Below, piece by piece: positions 26,968 to 36,116 of a stretch of DNA of 49,270 nt. Numbering within the stretch: the first letter of the stretch is position 1; every line of letters begins with the position of its first letter. The DNA is from an uncultured Myxococcales bacterium. Lineage in GTDB: Bacteria > Myxococcota_A > Polyangia > Fen-1088. The position numbers were made by a program, and so were the translations under genes. A model generated the notes under the pieces. It did no database searches, was not told the DNA's origin, and saw only the letters and a list, made by a program, of their open reading frames with translations. The stretch covers positions 1-49,270 of the forward strand of contig CAZTZM010000071.1 of assembly GCA_964618005.1 (NCBI GenBank), written 5' to 3'.

Positions 26968-27597
26968 TCAGCTGAGATAGAGGATTGGCCAGAGGAAGAT
27001 CCACATCAGGTCGATGAGGGCCCAGTAGAGGGCGCCCATTTCCAGTTTGACGTGATAGTCCGCGGTGTAATTCCCCTGGAAGGCGCGGACCGCCATCCAG
27101 GCGACCACCACCACGCCGACGGCCATGTGGACGGCGTGGAAGCCGGTCAGGCCCCAGTACATCGTGAAGAACCGGTTGCCGCCGAACGTGGGGAGCGCCT
27201 GGTCGTGGTACCAGGGACCCGGCAACGAGCCCTCCCGGACGTGCACGCCGTACTCCGTCAACTTGATGGCGAGGAAGGCCAGGCCCAGCAACGCCGTCGC
27301 CACCAGCATGAGCCCGGTGAAGACGCGGCGGTTGACGCGGGCGCCGTGGACCGCCAGCGCGGCGGTCAGGCCGCTGGTGAGGAGCACGAACAAGTTGGTC
27401 GTCCCGTAGGCGAAGGTGTTGTGCAGGACGCCCGCCCTGAAATCGGCCTCGAACATCGTCCGGTAGGCGGCGTAGAGCGTGAACAGGGCCGCGAACAGCA
27501 GGATCTCGCTGATCAGGAAGACCCACATCCCGAACCGCAGCGTCATCGCCTGGCGGTCGAGATCCGCGAACTGCTCACCGAGCTCCGGCGCGCGCAC
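26968..27597 (-). CDS. coxC: Cytochrome c oxidase subunit III
   Basis: QFADLDRQAMTLRFGMWVFLISEILLFAALF...FHAVHMAVGV, typical of subunit III. GTG start at 27597 overlaps the coxA end by 23 nt. Confidence 0.9.
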   Translation of the reverse strand: MRAPELGEQFADLDRQAMTLRFGMWVFLISEILLFAALFTLYAAYRTMFEADFRAGVLHNTFAYGTTNLFVLLTSGLTAALAVHGARVNRRVFTGLMLVATALLGLAFLAIKLTEYGVHVREGSLPGPWYHDQALPTFGGNRFFTMYWGLTGFHAVHMAVGVVVVAWMAVRAFQGNYTADYHVKLEMGALYWALIDLMWIFLWPILYLS

Positions 27598-29221
27598 GGG
27601 CCTCCTCCTCGGTCAGGGTGTAGTCGTAGGGCGAGAAGTCGAGGCGGGGCGTCGTCGCGAAGTTGTGCTTGGGCGGAGGCGAGCTGGTGAGCCATTCGAA
27701 GCCGCGCGAGTGCCAGGGGTTGGGCGGCGCCTTGGGGCCCCACTTGAGCGCGGCGAGCAGATTCCCGATGGCGATCAGCACGGCGCCGCCCAGCAGCCAG
27801 GCGCCTCCCGTCGAGAGCACATGCAGAAACTGGAAGCGCGGCGGGTACGCGTAATAGCGCCGGGGCATCCCCATGTTTCCCAGAAGGAACTGGGGGAAGA
27901 ACGTGAGCAGGAACCCCAGGAACACGGCGGTCGCCGCGAGCGTGCCGACGCGCTCGTTGTACAGGCGTCCGAACATCTTGGGGAACCAGTAGTGGGCCGC
28001 CGCGAGAAATGCGGTGACGCTCCCGCCGACCATGATGAAGTGGAAGTGCGCCACCACGAAGTAGGTGTCGGTCCAGTGCACGTCCAGAGCCTGGGTGGCC
28101 AGCGCCACGCCGGTCATGCCGCCGAACACGAACAGGAACAGGAAGCCGAAGAAGTAGATGAGCGGCGTGCGCACCTGGATCTGCCCGCGATAGAGGGTCC
28201 CCGTCCAGGTGAAGACCTTGATGGCCGAAAAGATCGCCACGAACATCGACATGATGCCGAACACGCCGGCGTCGAAGGTCGACATGCCCGAGACGAACAT
28301 GTGGTGGCCCCAGGTCAGGAACCCCACGAAGGCGATCCCCAGCGTCGAGATCGCGATCGCCGAGTAGGACGACAGCCGCCGGTGAGCGAAGGTGGGCACC
28401 ACCTCGGTGATCACGCCCATCCCGGGCAGGATCATGATGTAGACCGCCGGGTGCGAGTAGAACCAGAAGATGTGCTGGAACAGCACCGGGTCGCCCCCCA
28501 CCGCCGGGTCGAACATTCCGAGGTGGAGAGCGTGGTCGAGCCCGACCAGCGCCAGCGCCATCCCCAGCACCGGGGTGGCCAGCACCATGATGATGCTGGT
28601 CCCATAGATGGTCCACACGAACAGCGGCATGTTTGTCCACCGCATGCCGCGCGCGCGCAGCAGGTGCGTCGTCGCGATGAAGTTGATCCCGGTGAAGATC
28701 GACGACAGGCCGAGGATGAAGATCCCGATGATCACCGGGACGACGTCGGTGGGCGTGGTGTCGGCGTACGGCGCGTAGAACGTCCAGCCGGTGTCGGTGC
28801 CGCCCGCGATCATGCCGCCGAAGGTCACCGCGGCGCCGATGACGAACGTGTAGAAGCTCAGCAGGTTGAGCCTGGGAAAGGCGAGCTCACGAGCGCCGAG
28901 CTGGATCGGAAGGATGAAGTTCCCGAAGCTCGCCGGGATGCTGGGGACCAGGAAGAGCCACACCATGGTCACCCCGTGCAGGGTGAACATGCGGTCGTAC
29001 GTCATGGCGTCCATGATCGTGCGGTTGGGCGTGAGCAGCTCGGTCCGCAGCGCGAGCGCGAAGAGGCCGCCCAGCAGGAACATGGCGGTCACCGTCGCCA
29101 GGAACATCACGCCGATGCGCTTGTGGTCCCGCGTGTTGAGCCAGGACCAGATGCCGGTCCCCTCCTCGAGGTAGCTCGGCTCCGCGACGGTCTCGGCGAT
29201 GATCTCGGCGGTGGCGCTCAT
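27575..29221 (-). CDS. coxA: Cytochrome c oxidase subunit I (heme-copper oxidase, A-type)
   Basis: 548 aa: DHKRIGVMFL, WFYSHPAVYIMILPGMG, GFLTWGHHMF, VAHFHFIM. ATG at 29221 overlaps the coxB stop (ATGA at 29218-29221). The 1036-aa track ORF is this gene plus an out-of-frame shadow of coxB. Confidence 0.95.
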   Translation of the reverse strand: MSATAEIIAETVAEPSYLEEGTGIWSWLNTRDHKRIGVMFLATVTAMFLLGGLFALALRTELLTPNRTIMDAMTYDRMFTLHGVTMVWLFLVPSIPASFGNFILPIQLGARELAFPRLNLLSFYTFVIGAAVTFGGMIAGGTDTGWTFYAPYADTTPTDVVPVIIGIFILGLSSIFTGINFIATTHLLRARGMRWTNMPLFVWTIYGTSIIMVLATPVLGMALALVGLDHALHLGMFDPAVGGDPVLFQHIFWFYSHPAVYIMILPGMGVITEVVPTFAHRRLSSYSAIAISTLGIAFVGFLTWGHHMFVSGMSTFDAGVFGIMSMFVAIFSAIKVFTWTGTLYRGQIQVRTPLIYFFGFLFLFVFGGMTGVALATQALDVHWTDTYFVVAHFHFIMVGGSVTAFLAAAHYWFPKMFGRLYNERVGTLAATAVFLGFLLTFFPQFLLGNMGMPRRYYAYPPRFQFLHVLSTGGAWLLGGAVLIAIGNLLAALKWGPKAPPNPWHSRGFEWLTSSPPPKHNFATTPRLDFSPYDYTLTEEEARARAGAR

Positions 29222-30618
29222 GGGGACGGCTCCTTGTTCGGCGCGCCGGCGGCGGTTGCGGTCGCGCTGGAACTGGGGACGGTACGGCGGTTCCCCGCCG
29301 GGCCCTGGACCTCGATCGGTCCCACCGGAAGCGGGCTGCGTTCGAACCCCGGCGGCGGCAGCCCCTGCTGGATCGCCGGCGGCATCGGCTGTTGAGTGGG
29401 AGCGCGGTTCGGCGGCGGCGCCTCGACCGACAGGGCCGGCCGGCCGATCGCGCCCGCCGGTGGGGCGGTGGCCTGGGCCGGCGGCCCGGCAGGGGGCGCG
29501 GTCCTCCCAGGAACGTCGCGGAGGTACTTGATGAGCTCGATGATCGACGCGGTCTGCCCCGGCGACAGGAGCCCGTGATAGCTCGGCATCACCGCCGCGT
29601 AGGTGGCGTGGATCTTGGCCAGAGGATCCATCATCGACTCGGTCAGGTAGGCCGCGTCGGCCACCACGGTCCTTCCGTCGGCGAGGGGCACCTGGCTTCG
29701 ATACAGGCCCGCCCAGGTGGGGCCGATGTGCGGCGTCCCGTCGAGGGTGTGGCAACGGAGGCAACCTTGCTGCGCCGCGATCTCCATTCCCACACGCACG
29801 AGGTTCACAAGGTGAGGGGCCGGGAACTCCTCCTCGGACGCCGGCTCGACGTCCGAAGGGCCCGCCAGCGCCACACCCCCGACCTGGGGCAGCTCGCGCG
29901 GGTGATCGCCCAGGCCGCCCACGACGCCGTCGCTGTTCCCGGCCGCCAGCCAGCGCGCGTAGTCGGACGGGTCGAGCGCCACGACCTGCCCGCGCATGAT
30001 CGAGTGGCCGGTCCCACAGTACTCGGCGCAGAGCACCTGGTGGGTGCCGGGCGCGGTCACCTGGAACCAGGCCGAGGTGTAGCGCCCCGGCAGCGCGTCC
30101 TGCTTGATGCGAAAGTCCGGGACGAAAAAGCTGTGGATGACGTCCCGCGAGGTGAGCAGCAGCCGGACGGGACGGCCTGTCGGGACATAGAGGCTGGTCA
30201 CCGAGCTCTGGCCGTCGGGATAGGCGAACTTCCACATCCACTGCTTGGCGCTGACGTAGACGTCGAGCGCGTTCGCCGGCGGTACGCGCAGGCGGACGAA
30301 CTGCATGTAGCCGATGAGCCACCAGAGGCAGAACAGCCCCAGGAGGCCCGAGCCCAGAATCAGCTCCAGCCAGACCGGCGTGACCGGGGCCGGCTGGTCG
30401 GACCGCGGCAGCGCGCCGTCTCGGGCCCGGTACTTGATGACCCAGTACATCGCCAGCAGGCCGACCGCGGTCGCACCCGCCATCGTCGTGCCGATCACGA
30501 AGAAGTGAAGGTGATCGATTTCGGCCGCCATCGTTGACGACTGTTCGGGTAGGAACAGCACCCGCCGGAACAGCTCGTTGACAGCCCCCTGGTGGCCGGG
30601 ACCGGGTCCAGGGGTCAT
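29218..30618 (-). CDS. coxB: Cytochrome c oxidase subunit II fused to a C-terminal monoheme cytochrome c (caa3 type)
   Basis: Two N-terminal TM segments. CuA site HSFFVPDF...CAEYCGTGHSIM. C-terminal CLRCH heme c motif followed by a Pro-rich tail. ATGA overlap with the sco stop at 30615-30618. Confidence 0.93.
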   Translation of the reverse strand: MTPGPGPGHQGAVNELFRRVLFLPEQSSTMAAEIDHLHFFVIGTTMAGATAVGLLAMYWVIKYRARDGALPRSDQPAPVTPVWLELILGSGLLGLFCLWWLIGYMQFVRLRVPPANALDVYVSAKQWMWKFAYPDGQSSVTSLYVPTGRPVRLLLTSRDVIHSFFVPDFRIKQDALPGRYTSAWFQVTAPGTHQVLCAEYCGTGHSIMRGQVVALDPSDYARWLAAGNSDGVVGGLGDHPRELPQVGGVALAGPSDVEPASEEEFPAPHLVNLVRVGMEIAAQQGCLRCHTLDGTPHIGPTWAGLYRSQVPLADGRTVVADAAYLTESMMDPLAKIHATYAAVMPSYHGLLSPGQTASIIELIKYLRDVPGRTAPPAGPPAQATAPPAGAIGRPALSVEAPPPNRAPTQQPMPPAIQQGLPPPGFERSPLPVGPIEVQGPAGNRRTVPSSSATATAAGAPNKEPSP

Positions 30619-31556
30619 TTCCGGTCGCCCTCGGCGAGCGTCTCGGTGATCGGGGCTTCGGAGCGCTCGCGCCGGAGCGCCGCATCCCGCCGCCAGAGGA
30701 CGACGAGGCCCATTCCGGTGGTGAGCAGGACCAGAAGGCCGCCCCCCTTGAGCACCCCCACCATGTAGATTCCGTAGCGCCTGGCGCTCGGGTCGTAGCG
30801 GAAGCAGGTCAGCAGGACCCGGTCGACCACGCCGCCGACCTTCCCCTGACCTGCCTCGGTCAGCGCCAGGCGCAGATCGAACGGGCGGAAGTCGATCCCG
30901 TAGACGTAGCGGGCGATCCGCCCGTCCGGCGTCAGGACCACCGCGCCGGCCGCGTGCGCGTACTGATGGCTCGTGGGGTCGTACACGTACTGGAACCCGA
31001 CGGCGTCGGCGAGATCGCGCGAGCTCTCCCCGCTTCCCACCAGGAAGGGCCAGCCCGCCCTGGCTTCCGGGTGCCCCAGCGCCTGCAGGACGTGCCCCTG
31101 CTTGAGGCGTGCGGCGGCCGGCGTGTCCTGGGGATCAATGCTCACCGTGAGCAGGTCGACCTTGTCCCCGGGCGTCCAACCAATCTGGGCCAGCGCGCGG
31201 GCGAGGCCGCCCAGCACCAGATCGCACAACATCGGGCAGCGGTAGTAGGCCAGCACCAGCACGATCGGGCGGCCATGCCCCAGACGATCGCCGAGGCGCA
31301 CCGGCTGGCCGTTCTCGTCGCGGAACGGGAGGCCGGCGGGTACCCGACGCCCGAGGTGCTCCTCGATCCCGACCTGCAGGGCCGCGACGGGCAAAGGTCC
31401 CCGCAGCGGCCCACGCGGAGCAGAGGGCGCGACGAGCGAGAGCGTTGCCGCCTCCGTCGCCGGCTCGGCGCCGGCCGAGGCGCCCGCGATCGCGGCTGGC
31501 GTCGTCAGCGCGAGGAGGCCCGCCAGCGCCGGGGCCGCCCGGCGGCAGCCACTCAT
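30615..31556 (-). CDS. SCO1/SenC-family copper chaperone with C-terminal TM extension
   Basis: Signal peptide. Thioredoxin-fold motif VLAYYRCPMLCDLVL (CxxxC) with a downstream His (HQYAH). C-terminal TM GGLLVLLTTGMGLVVLW. Confidence 0.88.
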   Translation of the reverse strand: MSGCRRAAPALAGLLALTTPAAIAGASAGAEPATEAATLSLVAPSAPRGPLRGPLPVAALQVGIEEHLGRRVPAGLPFRDENGQPVRLGDRLGHGRPIVLVLAYYRCPMLCDLVLGGLARALAQIGWTPGDKVDLLTVSIDPQDTPAAARLKQGHVLQALGHPEARAGWPFLVGSGESSRDLADAVGFQYVYDPTSHQYAHAAGAVVLTPDGRIARYVYGIDFRPFDLRLALTEAGQGKVGGVVDRVLLTCFRYDPSARRYGIYMVGVLKGGGLLVLLTTGMGLVVLWRRDAALRRERSEAPITETLAEGDRK

Positions 31557-31936
31557 GGGCGGATCCTCCCCGCCTGGGCCTCGCGAACCACCAGGTCCAT
31601 TCCGACCTCGATCGGGACGGAGATGACGCCGCGCGGGCGATCGACCCAGCCGTAACGTTCGAGCATTTGGCGCCGCTCCTCGAGCAGCGTCGGCTTGGGC
31701 CTGGTGATCGAGAAAACCTCCTCACGCACCTCGGCGACCCGGTGCGGAGCGGGCAAACGCTCCCCGGCGATCGGGCGCGAGCCGAAGAGCGAAGACTCGC
31801 GGGCGCGCAGCAGGAGGTAAGCGATGGCGCACAGACCGAGGCCCACGGCGAGGGTCCCGACCGCGATGCGCAGCAGCAGCCCGCGCGGCAGGTTGTCGGG
31901 CTCGTGGAAGACGTCTTCGTGAACGGGGCCGGTCAT
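31553..31936 (-). CDS. Hypothetical N-terminally anchored 127-aa protein inside the act-cox operon
   Basis: ATGA overlaps with both neighbours (31933-31936 with actE, 31553-31556 with sco). One TM (LLLRIAVGTLAVGLGLCAIAYLLL) followed by an ~80-aa soluble domain. I recognise no family. Confidence 0.65.
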   Translation of the reverse strand: MTGPVHEDVFHEPDNLPRGLLLRIAVGTLAVGLGLCAIAYLLLRARESSLFGSRPIAGERLPAPHRVAEVREEVFSITRPKPTLLEERRQMLERYGWVDRPRGVISVPIEVGMDLVVREAQAGRIRP

Positions 31937-32610
31937 CGGCTCTCTACCCCGAGCGCCGCCGCCGCGCGGATCCGCTGGTCGGGCGGCAGATCGGCGAGCC
32001 GGGTGCGCTGGCTGCGCTGAAGCGCGCGCAGATAGGCCACCACCGCCCAGCGATCGGAGACGCTGAGGTGTCCGTCGTATGCAGGCATGAGGCCGTAGCC
32101 GAGGCTTTCCACCTCGAACACCCGGCCCGGCGGGAAAGACGGCACCGGATCGTCCAGCAACGACGGCGGGCGGCGCAGCGTCATGTTGCTCGCCACCATG
32201 CTGATCCCGTCGCCGCGTGCGCCGTGGCAAGGCGCGCAGGTGATGTCGAACCGGTCGCGCCCCCGCTCGAGCAGCGGCTCGGTGAGGGGGAGGGGGATCT
32301 CCTCCGCATACTTCCCGGACGGGAGCACCCCCCGCGTCAGCGCCGGCTGGCCGAGCACCTCGCCACGCGCGATCGTCCCCGCCGGCGGCGGCCGCATGAC
32401 CCGGCCGTCGTCGAACTGAGCCGACGCTTCGAAGGGGCGGTAACCGCGCTGGTAAAGCATGCGCTCGAAGTCCGGCTCGGGCAGCACACCCTCACAGCCC
32501 TCCAGGGCCGCCAGTGTGGAGACCAGCCCCAGCCCCAGCCCGAGACGGGCCGCTCGCCAACGCCGGCGACCGGGCACCGTTCGGTCGAGGTGGCGCGCCC
32601 ACGGCCTCAC
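31933..32610 (-). CDS. actE: Alternative Complex III subunit ActE (monoheme cytochrome c lipoprotein)
   Basis: GTG at 32610 overlaps the actD stop (GTGA). Lipobox LAALEGC and a single CAPCHGARGDG heme motif, with ...YGLMPAY. The upstream part of track ORF 31933..32925 overlaps actD out of frame. Confidence 0.85.
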   Translation of the reverse strand: MRPWARHLDRTVPGRRRWRAARLGLGLGLVSTLAALEGCEGVLPEPDFERMLYQRGYRPFEASAQFDDGRVMRPPPAGTIARGEVLGQPALTRGVLPSGKYAEEIPLPLTEPLLERGRDRFDITCAPCHGARGDGISMVASNMTLRRPPSLLDDPVPSFPPGRVFEVESLGYGLMPAYDGHLSVSDRWAVVAYLRALQRSQRTRLADLPPDQRIRAAAALGVESR

Positions 32611-33137
32611 CCCGGCTCTCCCACGTATTCGACGCGCGCGGCGCCGAGCGCCCGCAGCTCGCGCTCGGTGCCGTCGGGATCGAACTTCTCGTCGCGCACG
32701 TTCACCCCCAGCCAGAAGCCGCTGCTGGTCGCGCTCTCGAAGCCGGGCACCGCGAACAGCGGGTGGGTGAGGCGAGGGAGGCGGCAGATCCAGAAGAACA
32801 GCACGAACACGGCGATCGAGGTGAAGAGCACCATGGTCTCGAAGGCGATGATGACGAAGGCGGGAATGGCGAGCGGCGGCCGGCCGCCGTCGTTCAGCGG
32901 GTAGAGGTAGCCCACCAGCAACCACTGCAGGCAGAAGGCGAACACCGCGCCGAAGCCACCGATGGGTCCGGCCAGGAGATCGAGCCGCGACCGGGGCAGA
33001 TCCAGCGCCTCCTGCACGCCCCGCACCGGAAAGGGGGTGAACGCGTCCATTCGGCGATAGCCGCGCCCGCGCAGCGCGCGAACCGCCGCCAGCAGCCGCT
33101 CCGGATCGCGGAACTCCGCGAGGACGCCGAAGCGCAT
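32607..33137 (-). CDS. actD: Alternative Complex III subunit ActD (DUF3341-type membrane protein)
   Basis: MRFGVLAEFRDPERLLAAVRALRGRGYRRMDAFTPFPVRGVQEAL followed by two TM segments, which is the DUF3341/ActD pattern. Its ATG shares one nt with the actB stop (TGATG at 33135-33139). Confidence 0.85.
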   Translation of the reverse strand: MRFGVLAEFRDPERLLAAVRALRGRGYRRMDAFTPFPVRGVQEALDLPRSRLDLLAGPIGGFGAVFAFCLQWLLVGYLYPLNDGGRPPLAIPAFVIIAFETMVLFTSIAVFVLFFWICRLPRLTHPLFAVPGFESATSSGFWLGVNVRDEKFDPDGTERELRALGAARVEYVGEPG

Positions 33138-36112
33138 CAGCCGATCTCCGGATTGGGATTCTCGATGCGGGCCAGGTAGTGGGTGCGCGGCTGCGTCCCC
33201 TGGTCGTGCAGCACGGCGAAACTGCGGTCCTGCTGCCGCCAGCGAACCATGGGGGTGTCGCGATGGGTCAGCGATCCGAACTGGATCGCGCCGGTCGGAC
33301 AGGCGGCTTCACACGCGGTCACCACCTCGCCCGCCGCGATCTCGCGCTTGTCGACCCGAGCGTGGATCTCCGCCGCCCGGATTCGCTGCACGCAGTAGGT
33401 GCACTTTTCCATCACGCCCCGCTCGCGGACCGTGACCTCGGGGTTGTAGTGCAGCTGGACCAGTCCGCGGTTGGCCGCGACCTCGTGCGTGAAGTCGAAC
33501 CAGTTGAAACGCCGGACCTTGTACGGGCAGTTGTTCGAACAGAAACGGGTCCCGACGCATCGGTTGTAGACCATCTCGTTGAGGCCGTCGGGGCTGTGCA
33601 CGGTGGCGTTGACCGGACAGACGTACTCGCAGGGCGCCTTCTCGCAGTGCTGGCACGCCATCGGCTGGTGCACGAGGCCCGGCTCGTCGGGGATCCCGCT
33701 GTAGTACGTGTCGATGCGCAGCCAGTGCATCTGGCGGTGGCGGAGCACGTTGGACTTGCCGACGACCAGCAGGTTGTTTTCGGACTGGCAGGCGACCATG
33801 CAGGCGCTGCACCCGATGCAGATGCCGAGGTCGATCGACATCGCCCACTGCGGGCCGCGGTACTCGAACTCGGGCAGCAGCGAATCGACCGGACCCTTGT
33901 ACTCGCGCGTGAACTCCGGGTCTTTGCGGTACTCGGGGAGCGTGCGTTTGAGGGCGATGGGACGCCCCTCCATCGAGAAGTGGATCTGGGTCTGCGCGAG
34001 CTCGTGGTACCCCTCGACGCGACGGATCTCTTGAACCGGCGCGTGGTGCGGCGCCGCCGTGGTGCGCAGGGGGAAGGCGTTGAACCCGACCCCGGCCGCG
34101 AGCGCCTCTTGCCCCGAACGCCCGTAGCCGAGCCACACCGCAACCACGTCGTCCGCCAACCCCGGTACCACCAGTACCGGCGCACGCACGCTCGCGGCGC
34201 CGGCCCGCAGCGTGACGATATTCTCGGTCTGGAGGTGCAGGCGGCGAGCGGTGGCCACGCTCACCAGGGCGGCGTTGTCCCAGGTGAGCTTGGTGATCGG
34301 GTCGGGCTGCTCGAGCAGCCAGGCGTTGTTGGCGAAGCGTCCGTCGTAGACCGTCGGCGACGCGTAGATCTCGACCTCCAGCCGGGGGTCGCCGGCGGGT
34401 GGAGGCGAAGGACGGAGGGCCCGGAGCAGCCGCGCCACCCCTGCGGGCTCGACGGTTGCGTCCACGGCTGGCGCGGCCGTGCCGCCGACGAGGCCGTCCT
34501 GGACCGCCCGCTGCCAGGACTCCTCGTCGAGCGCGCCCGCTCCGAGCCAGTGGCCGCGCAGCAAGCGATAGGCGTCGGGGTCGGGCTCGCCGGCGAGGGC
34601 GGCCAGGATCTCGCCGGCGGTCTTCGTCTCCACCAATGGGCGAATGAGCGGCTGGATCATCGACACCGTCCCGTCGTAGGCGCGCGCATCCCCCCAGCTC
34701 TCGAGGAAGTGCGGCGTGGGCCCGAAGACCGTGCACCGGTCGGCGGTCTCGTCCTGGTAGTAGCCAAAGCAGAGGCTCTCGGCGACGCGCGCCAGAGCGC
34801 CGCAGAAATTCAGGTCGGCCGGCGCGGCGTAACAGGGATTGGTGTCGAGCAACAGCAACGTGTCGACCTGACCGGCGTGCATCTCCGCGACCAGCGACTC
34901 GAACGGAATCAGCCCCGGATGGCCGCCGGCGAACGGCACGACCGGCTCGGTGAAGGAGACGGTTCGGCCGAGGTTGCCGAGCGCGGCGTTGAGCGCGTAG
35001 CCGAGCGCATGGACCGCGGGCGGCTGCCGATCGCCGACCACGACGACGGTGGTGCCCGCCGGGCGGCCTGCCAGATCGCGCGCCGCCTGCGTCACCCACG
35101 GATCGGCGGGCGCCCCCTGCTCGATCGCGGCGCCGCGAACCGGCAAGGGCAGATCAGGAAAGTTGGTTGCCAGCGCCAACGCCGTCTGCGGAATCTGCGA
35201 CAGCGGCCGGCGCAGGCGGTGGTCGGCCACCGAGCCGGTCACGCTGAGCAGGCTCTCGACCACGTAGAGCCGGTTCATCTCGCCCTGGGGCGAATCGAGG
35301 CGCCGCCGCCCCGCCCACTGGCGCGCATACCGCACAGAGAACGGGAGGCTGTACATGAAGTCGCAGTCGAGCGACACGATCGCTTGGGCGCGGCTGAAGT
35401 CGTACTGCGGGAGCAGCGGCCGCCCGAACGCGGCGCGCGTGGCCTCCAGATGGTTGCGCGCCTCGAGCGGCGCGAAGAAGGCGACGCGGGCTTGTGGGTA
35501 ACGGGCCTGCACGCGCCCGATCAAGTCGAGCAACAGCGGCGACGAGGTGGGCTCGAGCAGGAGCCGGAGGCCCGCGCCGCGATCCTGGCGTGGCCGCCAG
35601 AGCAGCTGCATCACGTCGTCCCAGGAGGTCGGCGCCTCTCCCCGCCGCGGGGCGCGGGCGCGCATGTCGTCGTAGAGCTGCCGGACCGCGGCCTGCTGGA
35701 ACATGTTGGTGCCGCCCAGCGTGGACGGGTGCTGGAGGTTGGCCTCGATCTTGGTGGGACGGCCCTCGTGGCTCGCGACCAGAATGCCGCTCGCGTAGCC
35801 GTCGACCACCATCGAGGTCGCATAGAACCTCGCCTCGCCGGGCAACACGTGAGGCGGCCGCTTCGTATAGGGCATGATCTTGCGCGGCACGTCCATCGCG
35901 CATCCGGCCGCTCCGGCGAGCGCCAGGCTGGCTCCCGCGAGCTGCATGAACCGGCGCCGGTCGATCTCGGGCCGTTCGAGCTGCTGGGGGAAGAACTCCC
36001 CTGCCGCGCTCGGCGCACCGCGGGGCTCGAGCTCGGCGAGGCTGCGCCAGGGCCGCTCGCCCGCCGGCAAACGCCGAATCTGGTAGAGCGCATCCGAATC
36101 GTGGTGGTCCAT
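33137..36112 (-). CDS. actB: Alternative Complex III subunit ActB (Tat-exported molybdopterin-oxidoreductase-like domain fused to 4Fe-4S ferredoxin domain)
   Basis: Start MDHHDSD at 36112, 4 nt after the actA stop. Tat motif DRRRFMQLAGASLALAGAAGC. Large MopB-like domain. C-terminal Cys clusters CIGCSACMVAC, CQHCEKAPCEYVCP, CVGTRFCSNNCP, CTYC and CEAACP. Confidence 0.92.
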   Translation of the reverse strand: MDHHDSDALYQIRRLPAGERPWRSLAELEPRGAPSAAGEFFPQQLERPEIDRRRFMQLAGASLALAGAAGCAMDVPRKIMPYTKRPPHVLPGEARFYATSMVVDGYASGILVASHEGRPTKIEANLQHPSTLGGTNMFQQAAVRQLYDDMRARAPRRGEAPTSWDDVMQLLWRPRQDRGAGLRLLLEPTSSPLLLDLIGRVQARYPQARVAFFAPLEARNHLEATRAAFGRPLLPQYDFSRAQAIVSLDCDFMYSLPFSVRYARQWAGRRRLDSPQGEMNRLYVVESLLSVTGSVADHRLRRPLSQIPQTALALATNFPDLPLPVRGAAIEQGAPADPWVTQAARDLAGRPAGTTVVVVGDRQPPAVHALGYALNAALGNLGRTVSFTEPVVPFAGGHPGLIPFESLVAEMHAGQVDTLLLLDTNPCYAAPADLNFCGALARVAESLCFGYYQDETADRCTVFGPTPHFLESWGDARAYDGTVSMIQPLIRPLVETKTAGEILAALAGEPDPDAYRLLRGHWLGAGALDEESWQRAVQDGLVGGTAAPAVDATVEPAGVARLLRALRPSPPPAGDPRLEVEIYASPTVYDGRFANNAWLLEQPDPITKLTWDNAALVSVATARRLHLQTENIVTLRAGAASVRAPVLVVPGLADDVVAVWLGYGRSGQEALAAGVGFNAFPLRTTAAPHHAPVQEIRRVEGYHELAQTQIHFSMEGRPIALKRTLPEYRKDPEFTREYKGPVDSLLPEFEYRGPQWAMSIDLGICIGCSACMVACQSENNLLVVGKSNVLRHRQMHWLRIDTYYSGIPDEPGLVHQPMACQHCEKAPCEYVCPVNATVHSPDGLNEMVYNRCVGTRFCSNNCPYKVRRFNWFDFTHEVAANRGLVQLHYNPEVTVRERGVMEKCTYCVQRIRAAEIHARVDKREIAAGEVVTACEAACPTGAIQFGSLTHRDTPMVRWRQQDRSFAVLHDQGTQPRTHYLARIENPNPEIG

Positions 36113-36116
36113 GGCG

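Noticed and set aside
27575-30685. 1036-aa ORF spanning coxA and the coxB region
   Set aside because: Only the C-terminal 548 aa (from MSATAEI at 29221) is subunit I. The N-terminal part is an out-of-frame shadow of coxB (29218..30618), which has its own CuA and heme c motifs.
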